A DNA stretch of 53,371 bases, taken from assembly GCA_964642205.1 (NCBI GenBank), contig CAZXNY010000001.1, positions 1-53,371 on the forward strand, read 5' to 3'. Below are positions 43,552 to 52,463 of this stretch, piece after piece. A model generated the notes under the pieces. It was not told where the DNA came from. It saw nothing but the letters and a program-made list of their open reading frames with translations, and searched no databases. Every line of letters starts with the position of its first letter. Position 1 is the first letter of the stretch. Source of the DNA: an uncultured Caulobacteraceae bacterium (GTDB lineage: Bacteria; Pseudomonadota; Alphaproteobacteria; Caulobacterales; Aquidulcibacteraceae). The position numbers were made by a program, and so were the translations under genes.

Positions 43552-45119
43552 TGCGTATCGCCAAGGTCAAGGCGCGGGCTCGCGGCCGCCAATGCGGCAG
43601 TATAAGGATGCGCCGGCGCATCGAAAATCGTCCGCGCCGGGCCCTCTTCCACGATCTTTCCAGCCTGCAGCACGATCACGCGGTCGGCAATTGACCGCAC
43701 AACGGCCAGATCATGCGTGATGAAGAGGTAAGAGAGCCCAAGCCGCGTACGCAGATCGGCCAACAGATCGAGGATTTGCGCACGGATCGACACATCAAGC
43801 GCGGAAACGGCCTCATCGAGCACGAGCAGCGCTGGCTCGGTCACGAGCGCGCGCGCGATGGCGATGCGTTGGCGCTGGCCACCGGAGAATTGGTGTGGGT
43901 AACGCGCCGCGTCGCCTGGCGAGAGCCCCACATCCTCGAGCGCCTTCGCGACGCGGCCGCGTCGCGCATCTTCGCTTAGCGCGGGCTCCGCGAGATGCAG
44001 CGGTTCGCCGACAAGCCATCCGACTCGGCGGCGCGGATTGAAGCTGCCGTACGGGTCTTGGAACACGATCTGCGCGCGGCGGCGCATCGCGCGCAGATCG
44101 CCGCCGCGTGCAGCGCCCCAGTCCTTGTCATCGAATCGCACTGCGCCTGATGTGAGCCGCTGCAAGCCAAGCGCCACACGCGCGAGCGTCGACTTGCCGC
44201 TGCCGCTTTCGCCGACGACGCCGACGCTTTCTCCCCCGTGCACGCGCATCGAGACGCCATCGAGCGCACGCACCTCACCGCCGCCCGCGCGTTTGTGCGC
44301 GACGACGGCGTGCTCCACGCCGAGTAAGACTTTTCCCGGTTCCGGCGCGCTCGTCGCCGGCGCGCGTGGCGCGGCCGCAGCGAGCAACGCCTTCGCATAG
44401 GGGTGCGTCAACTGGCGCAACGCGCCTGCCCCGGCCGCTTCATCCACGATGTCGCCGCCGCGCATGATCGCGACTCGATCGGCATAGTGCGCAACGATGG
44501 AGAGGTCGTGCGTCACAAGCACCACGGCGGCGCCCGCATTCGCCAAGTCCCGCAACAGCGACAGGACGCCCGCTTGCGTAATGACATCGAGCGCCGTCGT
44601 CGGTTCATCGGCGAGCAAAAGCGCGGGCGCCAGCACGGTTGCGATCGCGATGGCGACACGCTGGCGTTGGCCGCCGGAGAGTTCATGCGGATAGCGTTCG
44701 TGCCCGATCTCGCGGAGGCCTACCCGATCGAGCGCGGCGCGGGCTTTGCCCAGCGCCTCGGCGCGCGAAAGCGGTTTGTGGAGCAGCACCGTTTCCGCGA
44801 TCTGCGCGCCGATTGTACGCACGGGGTTGAGCGCGCTCATCGGCTCCTGGAACACCATGCCCATGGCCGCGCCGCGCAACATGTTGAGCCGCGCCTCTCC
44901 CGCGCCAACGAGTTCCTCACCCGCTAGCTTCACCGAACCGGATAGCCGCGCGCCGTGCGGGAGAAGCTGCATCGCTGACAGCAGCGTAAGCGACTTGCCT
45001 GAGCCGCTTTCGCCCACGAGCGCAGTGATCTCACCCGGCGCCGCCTTGAACGACACGCCGTTGAGGATCGGCGCGCCGCCGATCGCAAGGCTGAGGTTTG
45101 CAATTTCCAGCGCGCTCAT
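43548..45119 (-). CDS. ABC transporter ATP-binding protein, duplicated (DppD/DppF-type fusion)
   Basis: Trimmed to the ATG at 45119, giving 523 aa. Two Walker A motifs (GESGSGKS twice) and two signatures (LSGGQRQR, FSGGQRQR). Confidence 0.9.
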   Translation of the reverse strand: MSALEIANLSLAIGGAPILNGVSFKAAPGEITALVGESGSGKSLTLLSAMQLLPHGARLSGSVKLAGEELVGAGEARLNMLRGAAMGMVFQEPMSALNPVRTIGAQIAETVLLHKPLSRAEALGKARAALDRVGLREIGHERYPHELSGGQRQRVAIAIATVLAPALLLADEPTTALDVITQAGVLSLLRDLANAGAAVVLVTHDLSIVAHYADRVAIMRGGDIVDEAAGAGALRQLTHPYAKALLAAAAPRAPATSAPEPGKVLLGVEHAVVAHKRAGGGEVRALDGVSMRVHGGESVGVVGESGSGKSTLARVALGLQRLTSGAVRFDDKDWGAARGGDLRAMRRRAQIVFQDPYGSFNPRRRVGWLVGEPLHLAEPALSEDARRGRVAKALEDVGLSPGDAARYPHQFSGGQRQRIAIARALVTEPALLVLDEAVSALDVSIRAQILDLLADLRTRLGLSYLFITHDLAVVRSIADRVIVLQAGKIVEEGPARTIFDAPAHPYTAALAAASPRLDLGDTQ

Positions 45120-45925
45120 CGCGCGGCCCGCTGCTTGGGGTCGAGCGCATCCCGAAGCCCATCGCCCATCAGATTTAGGCCAAGCACAGTTGCGAAAATC
45201 GCAAGGCCTGGCGCGAGCGCGAGCCACGGCGCGAGAAACACAAACGTCTGCGACTCAGCGAGCATGCGGCCCCAGCTCGCATCCGGCGGCTGCACGCCGA
45301 GGCCGACATAGGAGAGACCCGCTTCGGCGATCACGCCGAGTGAAAATTGGATCGTCGCCTGCACGATCAATTGGTCGGCGAGATTCGGCAGAACGTGCTC
45401 GACGGAGATGCGTAGGCCGCCCTTTCCGGCCGCGCGCGCTGCGAGAACATACTCACGCCGCCACAGCGCTAACGCGCCGCCGCGCGCCACGCGCGCGAAT
45501 ACCGGCACGTTGAACACGCCGATCGCGATCATGGCGTTGACGCCGCTCGGGCCCAGCACGGCCGTCAGCAAGATCGCGAGCAGCAGCGCGGGGAACGCGA
45601 ACACCATGTCGTTCGCACGCATGATGATCTCGTCGATCAGCCCGCCGCGCGCAGCGGCCAGCAACCCAAGCGGCGCGCCGATGCCAATGCCGATGCCCAA
45701 AGCGACCAGGGCGACGGCTATGGAGTTGCGCGCGCCCGCGAGCAGAAGCGAGACCACGTCTCGCCCAAGATGGTCCGTGCCGAGCCAATGCGCCGGCGAT
45801 GGCGCGGCGAACGTGCGCGCGACATCGATCACCGTGATGTCGTATGGTGTCCATACCAGCGACACGACGGCTGCAAGAATGGCGGCGCCCGAAAGCGCGG
45901 CGCCGATGACAAGCGCGCGGTTCAT
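45116..45925 (-). CDS. ABC transporter permease (DppC/OppC-like)
   Basis: Trimmed to the ATG at 45925 (MNRALVIGAALSG...), giving 269 aa. The HWLGTDHLGRDV motif is typical of DppC. ATGA overlaps occur at both ends. Confidence 0.88.
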   Translation of the reverse strand: MNRALVIGAALSGAAILAAVVSLVWTPYDITVIDVARTFAAPSPAHWLGTDHLGRDVVSLLLAGARNSIAVALVALGIGIGIGAPLGLLAAARGGLIDEIIMRANDMVFAFPALLLAILLTAVLGPSGVNAMIAIGVFNVPVFARVARGGALALWRREYVLAARAAGKGGLRISVEHVLPNLADQLIVQATIQFSLGVIAEAGLSYVGLGVQPPDASWGRMLAESQTFVFLAPWLALAPGLAIFATVLGLNLMGDGLRDALDPKQRAAR

Positions 45926-46869
45926 GCCGGCCGCCGCAAGCGCGGATCGACCGCCGCGTAAAGCAGGTCCACGGCAAAAGCGATCGCGACAGCCGCGAAC
46001 ACGAGCAGCATCACAACGCTGCGCACCACGATCAGATCGCGTTGCACGATGGCCTGGAACACGAGGCGCCCAAGGCCCGGCAGGTAGAACACGTTCTCGA
46101 TGATGACAGCGCCGGCGAGCAGAAAGGAAAATTGCAGCCCGAGGATCGTCAGCACCGGGATCATCGCGTTCGGCAGCGCGTGGCGTGTGAGCGCGGCCCA
46201 TTGCGAGAGGCCCTTGGCGCGCGCTGTGCGCATATAGTCTTCGTTGAGCGTGTCGAGCAGCGCGGAACGCATCACACGCGTCAGCACGGCCGCTTGCGGC
46301 AGAGCCAGGGCAAGCGCAGGCAGCGCAAGCGAACGAAATACCGCGACAGGCCCGGCGTCCCATCCCGGAAAGCCGCCCGCAGAGAACCAACCGAGCGTGG
46401 TTGAGAACAGGAGCACGAGCAGCAGCGCGATCCAGAAATTCGGCGTCGCCACGCCCGCCTGCGACAGCGCCATCACAGCAGTTTCGACCAGCCCGCCGCG
46501 CTTGCTCACTGCTGCCAGCGCCGCGCCAAGCGCGAGGCTGGAGGAGAGCACCAGCGCGATCATGGCCAGAGGAATGGAGAGCGCCGCGCGTTCTGCCACC
46601 AGATCGGACACCGGTACGCGATAAGTGTAGCTGACGCCGAGATCGCCGCGCAGCAGCCCGCCCGCCCAACCGAGGTAACGCTCCACGAGCGAGCCATCGA
46701 GGCCGAGTTCGGCGCGCAGTGCGGCGACGGCGGCGGGATCGGCGTTGAGGCCCATCATGTAGGCAGCGGGATCGCCGGGCGCGATATCGATGATCGCGAA
46801 CACAATGAGGCTCGCAACAATCAACGTCAGCGCGAGCGCAAAGGCGCGGCCGGCGAGGTAGCGGATCAT
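45922..46869 (-). CDS. ABC transporter permease (DppB/OppB-like)
   Basis: Trimmed to the ATG at 46869 (MIRYLAGRAFALALTLIVASLIVFAIIDIAPGDP), giving 315 aa. EDYMRTARAKGL is the EAA-loop motif. Confidence 0.88.
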   Translation of the reverse strand: MIRYLAGRAFALALTLIVASLIVFAIIDIAPGDPAAYMMGLNADPAAVAALRAELGLDGSLVERYLGWAGGLLRGDLGVSYTYRVPVSDLVAERAALSIPLAMIALVLSSSLALGAALAAVSKRGGLVETAVMALSQAGVATPNFWIALLLVLLFSTTLGWFSAGGFPGWDAGPVAVFRSLALPALALALPQAAVLTRVMRSALLDTLNEDYMRTARAKGLSQWAALTRHALPNAMIPVLTILGLQFSFLLAGAVIIENVFYLPGLGRLVFQAIVQRDLIVVRSVVMLLVFAAVAIAFAVDLLYAAVDPRLRRPA

Positions 46870-48353
46870 GCGCGATCGCTCCAATACGCCGCCGTGAGAT
46901 CGTTCGCCTGCACGGGCGAATTCACCCACACGCCCTGAAGCTCTTTGCGCCATACGCCGATTTTCGGAAGCTGAAACAGATAGACGTTCACCGCGTCGTC
47001 CACGATGCGGCGTTGCGCGCCTTGCAGCAACGCGCTCCGCGCTTCCATATCGCTGGTTTCGCCAAGGCGCGCCATGATCGCTTTGAAGGCCGGCGCCGCA
47101 TAGTCGAAGTAATAGTCGTCCCGCCCGTAGATGCCGATATCCATCGGCTCGGTGTGCGAGATGATCGTCAGGTCGAAGTCCTTGTTGGCGAACACGCCCT
47201 CGAGCCATTGCGCCCATTCGACGTTGCGTATCTCCGCGTCGATGCCGATGGCGCGCAATTGCGCCGCGATGATCTCCCCGCCCCGGCGCGCATAGCCGGG
47301 CGGCGGCAGCGCGAGCGTGGTGCGGAAGCCGTTTGGGAACCCTGCTTCCGCCAGCAATGCGCGCGCGCGCGCGGGGTCGTACGGATATTGCCCAGTGAGA
47401 TCGAGATAGGCCGGATGCGTCGGTGAGAAATGCGTGCCAATCGGCGTGCCGTAGCCGAACATCGCGCCTTGGATCACCGCGCGCCGATCGACGGCGTGGG
47501 AGATCGCGCGGCGCACACGCAGATCGTTGAACGGCGCGCGGCCATTGTTCATGGCGAGGATCGTTTCGCCCTCCGTCACACCGATGGCGATGCGGAAGCG
47601 GCCGTCGCGCTCGATTTGCGGCAGCAGCTCGGGTGCGGGGAAATCCGGAAAACCATCGACATCGTCGGCCATCAGCGCCGCGTAGCCAGCGGATGCGTCC
47701 GGGATCGTGCGGATGGTGACGCCGTCGAGCCGCGCGGGCGCGCCCCAATACTCCGTGTTGCGCGTGAGCGTTATCAGCGCGCCCCGCGACCAGCGCTCAA
47801 ACCGGAACGGCCCAGTACCAACCGGGTGCGTCATGTTGTTGGCCGCGCTCGCGCGCGAGACGATCACGGCGTCTCCGCCCCCAAGCGAATTGAGGATCGC
47901 GCCGTCCGGGCGCTTGAGGCGCACGCGGGCGCGCAGCGGATCGAGCGCGGCGACCTCGGCTATCGGCTCGAACAATTCTTTCTGCGCGTTTGTGGACTCC
48001 GGCGCGCGGGCGCGGTCGAGCGCGAACGCGACATCGTCCGCGGTGAAGGGCGCGCCATCGTGGTAGCGGACGTTTGGGTGCAGGTGGAAAAGATACTCCC
48101 GTCCGCCACTCGCGATTTCCCACCGCGCAGCAAGCGCGGAGCGCACAGCGCCGTCCGGCCCGATGCGCGTCAGCCCTTCGAAAACATTGGCGTAGACGAC
48201 TTCATCGATCGCGGCGGCCGCACCCGCTGTCGGATCAAGATGCGGCGGCTCGAGCGCGACGCCGAGGCGCGCGATGTTCTGTGGCGGGCGTGGCGCGCCG
48301 CAGGCTGCAAGCGCAGCGCTTGCCGCCAGCACGCTCCGGCGACTCAATCTCAC
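46866..48353 (-). CDS. ABC substrate-binding protein, family 5 (peptide/nickel/opine type), probable lipoprotein
   Basis: 495 aa. MRLSRRSVLAASAALAACG is a signal/lipobox-like N-terminus. The fold pattern is family-5 SBP. The GTG start overlaps the M20 stop (GTGA). Confidence 0.85.
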   Translation of the reverse strand: MRLSRRSVLAASAALAACGAPRPPQNIARLGVALEPPHLDPTAGAAAAIDEVVYANVFEGLTRIGPDGAVRSALAARWEIASGGREYLFHLHPNVRYHDGAPFTADDVAFALDRARAPESTNAQKELFEPIAEVAALDPLRARVRLKRPDGAILNSLGGGDAVIVSRASAANNMTHPVGTGPFRFERWSRGALITLTRNTEYWGAPARLDGVTIRTIPDASAGYAALMADDVDGFPDFPAPELLPQIERDGRFRIAIGVTEGETILAMNNGRAPFNDLRVRRAISHAVDRRAVIQGAMFGYGTPIGTHFSPTHPAYLDLTGQYPYDPARARALLAEAGFPNGFRTTLALPPPGYARRGGEIIAAQLRAIGIDAEIRNVEWAQWLEGVFANKDFDLTIISHTEPMDIGIYGRDDYYFDYAAPAFKAIMARLGETSDMEARSALLQGAQRRIVDDAVNVYLFQLPKIGVWRKELQGVWVNSPVQANDLTAAYWSDRA

Positions 48354-49627
48354 AGCGCGCCCAGAAGCTTGCCAGCCGCGAGCGCCATCACTTTGGACGA
48401 CGCAACGAGATCGTCGATCGCGACATACTCATCCGGCTGATGCGCGAGATCGAGAATGCCGGGCCCGTAGGCGATGCAGTCCCGCAACTTGCCGATGCGA
48501 TCGACATGTTTCTGGTCATACGTACCCGGCGAGCAGATGAATTGCGCGGGTTTCTTCAACACGCGTTCAATCGCGGCCGCGGTTTCGCGTGCGACCGGCG
48601 CGTCCTTATCGATCATCACGGGCGCGACTTCGAAGAGGTCACGTAGCGCGTAGCGAAAGCCAGGGCGATCACGCGAGAGCCGCTCAAGCAGATCGCGCAC
48701 CTCGCCCTTCACATCTTGAAGCGTCTCCTCAACGAGGAAGCGCCGGTCGATCACGGCGCGGACGGAATCGGCGACCACGGGCGACGGCAACCCCTCCTTC
48801 GGTTCGGACTGGCCGCCGTGGATCGAGTTGATGTTCATGGTCGATTGGCGCGCGCCATCGGGCGCGACCGGCATGGCCGTGTGTTTGGCCGCGAGCGCGG
48901 GATAAAGCTCCGTCTCGAACCGCTCCAGCACCGCGCCCATATGCCGGATGGCGCTATCGCCCAGAAACGGCATCGAGCCGTGCGCGATGCGGCCCTTGGT
49001 TTCGATCTCGGCCCACCACACGCCGCGATGACCGATGCACACGCGATCGACGTTCAGCGGTTCGGGAATGATGACGTGATCGACGCGCGGTTTGGAGAAG
49101 TAGCCGCGCTCAGCGAGCCACGCGACGCCGCCATAGCCGCCGCTCTCTTCATCGGCCGTGCCGGAGATTTCGAGCACGCCCGGCAGTTCCGCGCCGGAAT
49201 CGATCAGCGCTTCCACGGCCACGATCGACGCCGCGATGCCGCCCTTCATGTCGCATGTGCCGCGCCCGTACACGCGCCCGTCACGTACGTCGCCGCCGAA
49301 CGGATCTAGGCTCCAGCCTTCGCCGGCTTCCACGACGTCGATGTGCCCGTTGAAATGCACGCACGGGCCAGATCGTGCGCCTTCGCGGCGTGCGATCACG
49401 TTCCAACGCGGATAGGCGTCGCTATCGCCCGGCGCGCCCTCGGCGCGCTGATAGTCGATGGTGAAGCCGCGCTTGGCGAGGCGCGCGCCCACGAGTTCCG
49501 CACAGTCTCGATAAAACGCGCCCGGCGGGTTCACGCTCGGGATGCGCACCAGCGCTTGCGTGAGCGCCACGATCTCCTCGGCGCGGTCATCGAGCGACTT
49601 CAAGAGGGCGTCGGCGTTCAGGGACAT
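48350..49627 (-). CDS. M20-family metallopeptidase/deacylase (ArgE/DapE/CPG2-like)
   Basis: Trimmed to the ATG at 49627 (MSLNADALLKSLDDRAEEIVALTQALVRIPSVNPPG), giving 425 aa. HFNGHIDVV, GRGTCDMKGG and ADEESGG metal-ligand motifs are present. Confidence 0.88.
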   Translation of the reverse strand: MSLNADALLKSLDDRAEEIVALTQALVRIPSVNPPGAFYRDCAELVGARLAKRGFTIDYQRAEGAPGDSDAYPRWNVIARREGARSGPCVHFNGHIDVVEAGEGWSLDPFGGDVRDGRVYGRGTCDMKGGIAASIVAVEALIDSGAELPGVLEISGTADEESGGYGGVAWLAERGYFSKPRVDHVIIPEPLNVDRVCIGHRGVWWAEIETKGRIAHGSMPFLGDSAIRHMGAVLERFETELYPALAAKHTAMPVAPDGARQSTMNINSIHGGQSEPKEGLPSPVVADSVRAVIDRRFLVEETLQDVKGEVRDLLERLSRDRPGFRYALRDLFEVAPVMIDKDAPVARETAAAIERVLKKPAQFICSPGTYDQKHVDRIGKLRDCIAYGPGILDLAHQPDEYVAIDDLVASSKVMALAAGKLLGAL

Positions 49628-49718
49628 CGCCACCGGTGTTCCGGGCCGTGCGGTGCTTGTCAATTGCATCTGCCAGAGGCGCGGCGCGCATCTCACGTGC
49701 GACTTGGGGGACACAATC

Positions 49719-50981
49719 ATGAAACGCGCTTTGGCGACCGTGGCCGCGTGCTTGGCTTTTGCGCTCACGGCTAAGGCCGAACCGATCCCGGACCCGCCGC
49801 CCGCGCCGGAGGGCGCCGCGCCCGCCTCGCTCCTGCCCGCGCTCATCGCCGCGTCGCGCCGCACGGCGCGCATCGAGAATGGCCGGCTTGTTGGGGAAGG
49901 CGCGGACTTGTTGCGCCGGCTGGGCGCGGAAGCGCACTTCGTGATGATCGGCGAGGAACACGGCAACGAGGGTATCGCGCGCTTCGCGGCGGCGTATTGG
50001 CGCGATCTGAACGACACCGGCTATCGCTACGCCGCAATCGAGACCGACCCCTACGTTGCCCAAGCGCTTGAGCGCGAGTTGCGCGCCGGGGGCGTGCCTG
50101 CGTGGCGCGCGTTCGCGGCCGCGCATGGCGGCGCGCCGAGCGCACCCTTCTTCACATGGACAGCAGAAGCAGAGCTTGCCGCCGCGATCGTCAGCTCGAG
50201 CGATGCACGCCCGGCGCTGTGGGGCCTCGACCAGCTGTTCGTGGGCGCGGCGCCCTGGCTGCTGGCCGATATCGCAGAGCAAGCGCGTGGGCGCGAGGCG
50301 CGGGCGCTTGCAGCGCAACTCGCGAGCGATGCATCCCAGCGCTTCGCCTGGCTCGGCGGCGCCGACGAGGCCACGCTACGGCGCCTGCGCGCGCTGATGA
50401 CAGGCCGCGACGCACGCTTTGCGCCGCTCGTCGACGACCTTATCGCGTCGAACGCGATCTACCGGCCCTATGTCGGAGGGGGCGGCGAATATTGGGTTGC
50501 GAACACGGCGCGCGAGAACCTGATGCGTGCGAACTTCGTGCGCGCCTACAACGCGGCGCTTCGCGATGGCGCGGGGCCGCGTGTGATGATGAAGTTCGGC
50601 GGCTACCACGCTTTCCGCGGAGCTTCCCCGCTTGCGGTGCAAGGACTCGGCGGCTTCGTAAGCGAGTTCGCAGCCGCGCGCGGGCAATCCGCACTCACGA
50701 TCCTGGCGCTGTGCGGACCGGGTGGTGAGACGTCAGGCCAAGCAAATCCGCCGAACCCGTGCGGTCCAGGCTACGCCGCCACTTGGCCGTTCCTCGCCGA
50801 GGCGACCGACCCGGACCGGATCACCGTGTTCAACGTGCGCATGATCCGGCTGCGACCGCGCCGCTGGGCGCATCTGCCGGCCGACGCGCAACGCGTGCTC
50901 GCCTCGTTCGACGTCATCGTCGTCGTGCCGAACACGCCCGCAATGCGCTACTTCGACGGCATGACCTGGCCGGCGCAGTAG
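49719..50981 (+). CDS. secreted hypothetical protein, possibly of the ChaN/erythromycin-esterase/Tiki-like superfamily
   Basis: Trimmed to the ATG at 49719 (MKRALATVAACLAFALTAKA signal peptide, GGGGGA SD), giving 420 aa. Only weak family clues: FVMIGEEHGNEG followed by AAIETDP. Confidence 0.5.
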   Translation: MKRALATVAACLAFALTAKAEPIPDPPPAPEGAAPASLLPALIAASRRTARIENGRLVGEGADLLRRLGAEAHFVMIGEEHGNEGIARFAAAYWRDLNDTGYRYAAIETDPYVAQALERELRAGGVPAWRAFAAAHGGAPSAPFFTWTAEAELAAAIVSSSDARPALWGLDQLFVGAAPWLLADIAEQARGREARALAAQLASDASQRFAWLGGADEATLRRLRALMTGRDARFAPLVDDLIASNAIYRPYVGGGGEYWVANTARENLMRANFVRAYNAALRDGAGPRVMMKFGGYHAFRGASPLAVQGLGGFVSEFAAARGQSALTILALCGPGGETSGQANPPNPCGPGYAATWPFLAEATDPDRITVFNVRMIRLRPRRWAHLPADAQRVLASFDVIVVVPNTPAMRYFDGMTWPAQ

Positions 50982-50985
50982 CGCG

Positions 50986-52449
50986 TCACGCCCCGCGCGC
51001 CGCCTCCAGCTTGCGCAAGTTCTCTTCGTGATCCTCGCGCGAAAGCTTATAGGTTGCGATAACCGCCATCATGATCATCCAAAGCGTCAAAATGGTCGGC
51101 ACGTAATAGGCGCCAAGTCGCAGAACTGCCTCGTCGGGCACCTGCGAGGGATCGGCGCCGGTCGGGAACTGCGCCATCGTCAGCACCGCGGCGGCAGCCA
51201 TCACGCCAATCCCATTGACCGCCTTTCGGATGAACGTAGACGCCGCAAAGAAGATGCCTTCCGAGCGCCGCCCCGTCTTGAGCTCTGCCTGTTCCACCAA
51301 ATCCGCCATCATGGACGATGACAATATCTGGAAGCAGATAATCAGACCGACATCGATCATCGTGGTGGTGAACACGATCCAGAACAGCAGCGGATCGCCG
51401 TTCTCGGGCAAGAGTCCCAACAAGCGCAGCGTGATCGGCACCGGCGAACCGATGAAGGCGATCAGCCCAATGATGATAGCGCCCCGCTTCTTACCCATCG
51501 TCTTGGAAATATAGGGCGCCAGCAGCGCGCCGATGATCGCCGATCCGAACACGCCGAACGTGATGTAGCCGTTTTGGACGGAACTGAATTCCCAGTAGTA
51601 CGTCAGGAAATAGAACGAGAGCGAGGCTGAGACGCCGCTCGCGATCGCCCCGAAAATGGCGGAGACGAACAAGGCGGCGAACGAGCGATTCCCCAGTGTC
51701 TCGAAGATTTCCTTGAATATCTTGAGCAGCGTCAGGTCACGCTTGGGCGGCGGCGGCTTCAAGTGCGCGATGCGCGCATGCGTGCCCCCCGCGGACACCA
51801 AGATCGCAATGAAGATCATCACCGAGCCGATGATGCCGTAGAGCGCGTAAGCGTCCCGGTTGAACTGCCCGTTCGGGATCGCCACCGTTGCAAAGGCTGG
51901 AAACAGCAGCAGGAACATCATCACGGTCATCGCGTTGCCGCCGGTCCAACCGAAATAGAAACGGTAAGACAGAAGCGAGCTGCGCTCGTCGTAGTTCTGG
52001 CTGAGTTCTGGCGCGAGCGCTGAGCTTGGTGTTTCGTAGAACGTGATGAAGGTGCGGATCAGCACCGCCAAAATCAGCAAGTACCAGAACAGCTGAATCT
52101 CGGACCAACCCTGCGGTGGATTCCAGAGCATGAAATACGACGCCGCGACGGGGATGGCGGACGCATACATGAATGGGTGCCGCCGCCCCCATTTGTGCCG
52201 GAAATTGTCCGACCAATAACCGACGATAGGATCGCTGATTGCATCGAGCACCAGCGCCGTCGTGATCGCGATGCCCACGAGCCGTGCATCGACGCCGATC
52301 ACCTGGCTGTAAAAGATCAGCAGGAAATAAGCGAAGCCGTTGTCTTTGACTCCGTACGCGACGGAGCCAAAGCCGTAGGCGAGCTTCGTCCACAAAGTGG
52401 GCTTACTCGGTGCGGTGGATGGGGCGGGCGCGGCGACGGCGTCGGTCAT
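50986..52449 (-). CDS. MFS transporter, glycoside-pentoside-hexuronide type
   Basis: 487 aa and about 12 TM segments. DAISDPIVGYWSDNFRHKWGRRHPF is the GPH signature. GGAG SD is upstream. Confidence 0.85.
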   Translation of the reverse strand: MTDAVAAPAPSTAPSKPTLWTKLAYGFGSVAYGVKDNGFAYFLLIFYSQVIGVDARLVGIAITTALVLDAISDPIVGYWSDNFRHKWGRRHPFMYASAIPVAASYFMLWNPPQGWSEIQLFWYLLILAVLIRTFITFYETPSSALAPELSQNYDERSSLLSYRFYFGWTGGNAMTVMMFLLLFPAFATVAIPNGQFNRDAYALYGIIGSVMIFIAILVSAGGTHARIAHLKPPPPKRDLTLLKIFKEIFETLGNRSFAALFVSAIFGAIASGVSASLSFYFLTYYWEFSSVQNGYITFGVFGSAIIGALLAPYISKTMGKKRGAIIIGLIAFIGSPVPITLRLLGLLPENGDPLLFWIVFTTTMIDVGLIICFQILSSSMMADLVEQAELKTGRRSEGIFFAASTFIRKAVNGIGVMAAAAVLTMAQFPTGADPSQVPDEAVLRLGAYYVPTILTLWMIMMAVIATYKLSREDHEENLRKLEAARGA

Positions 52450-52463
52450 AACCCGGCTCCGCG

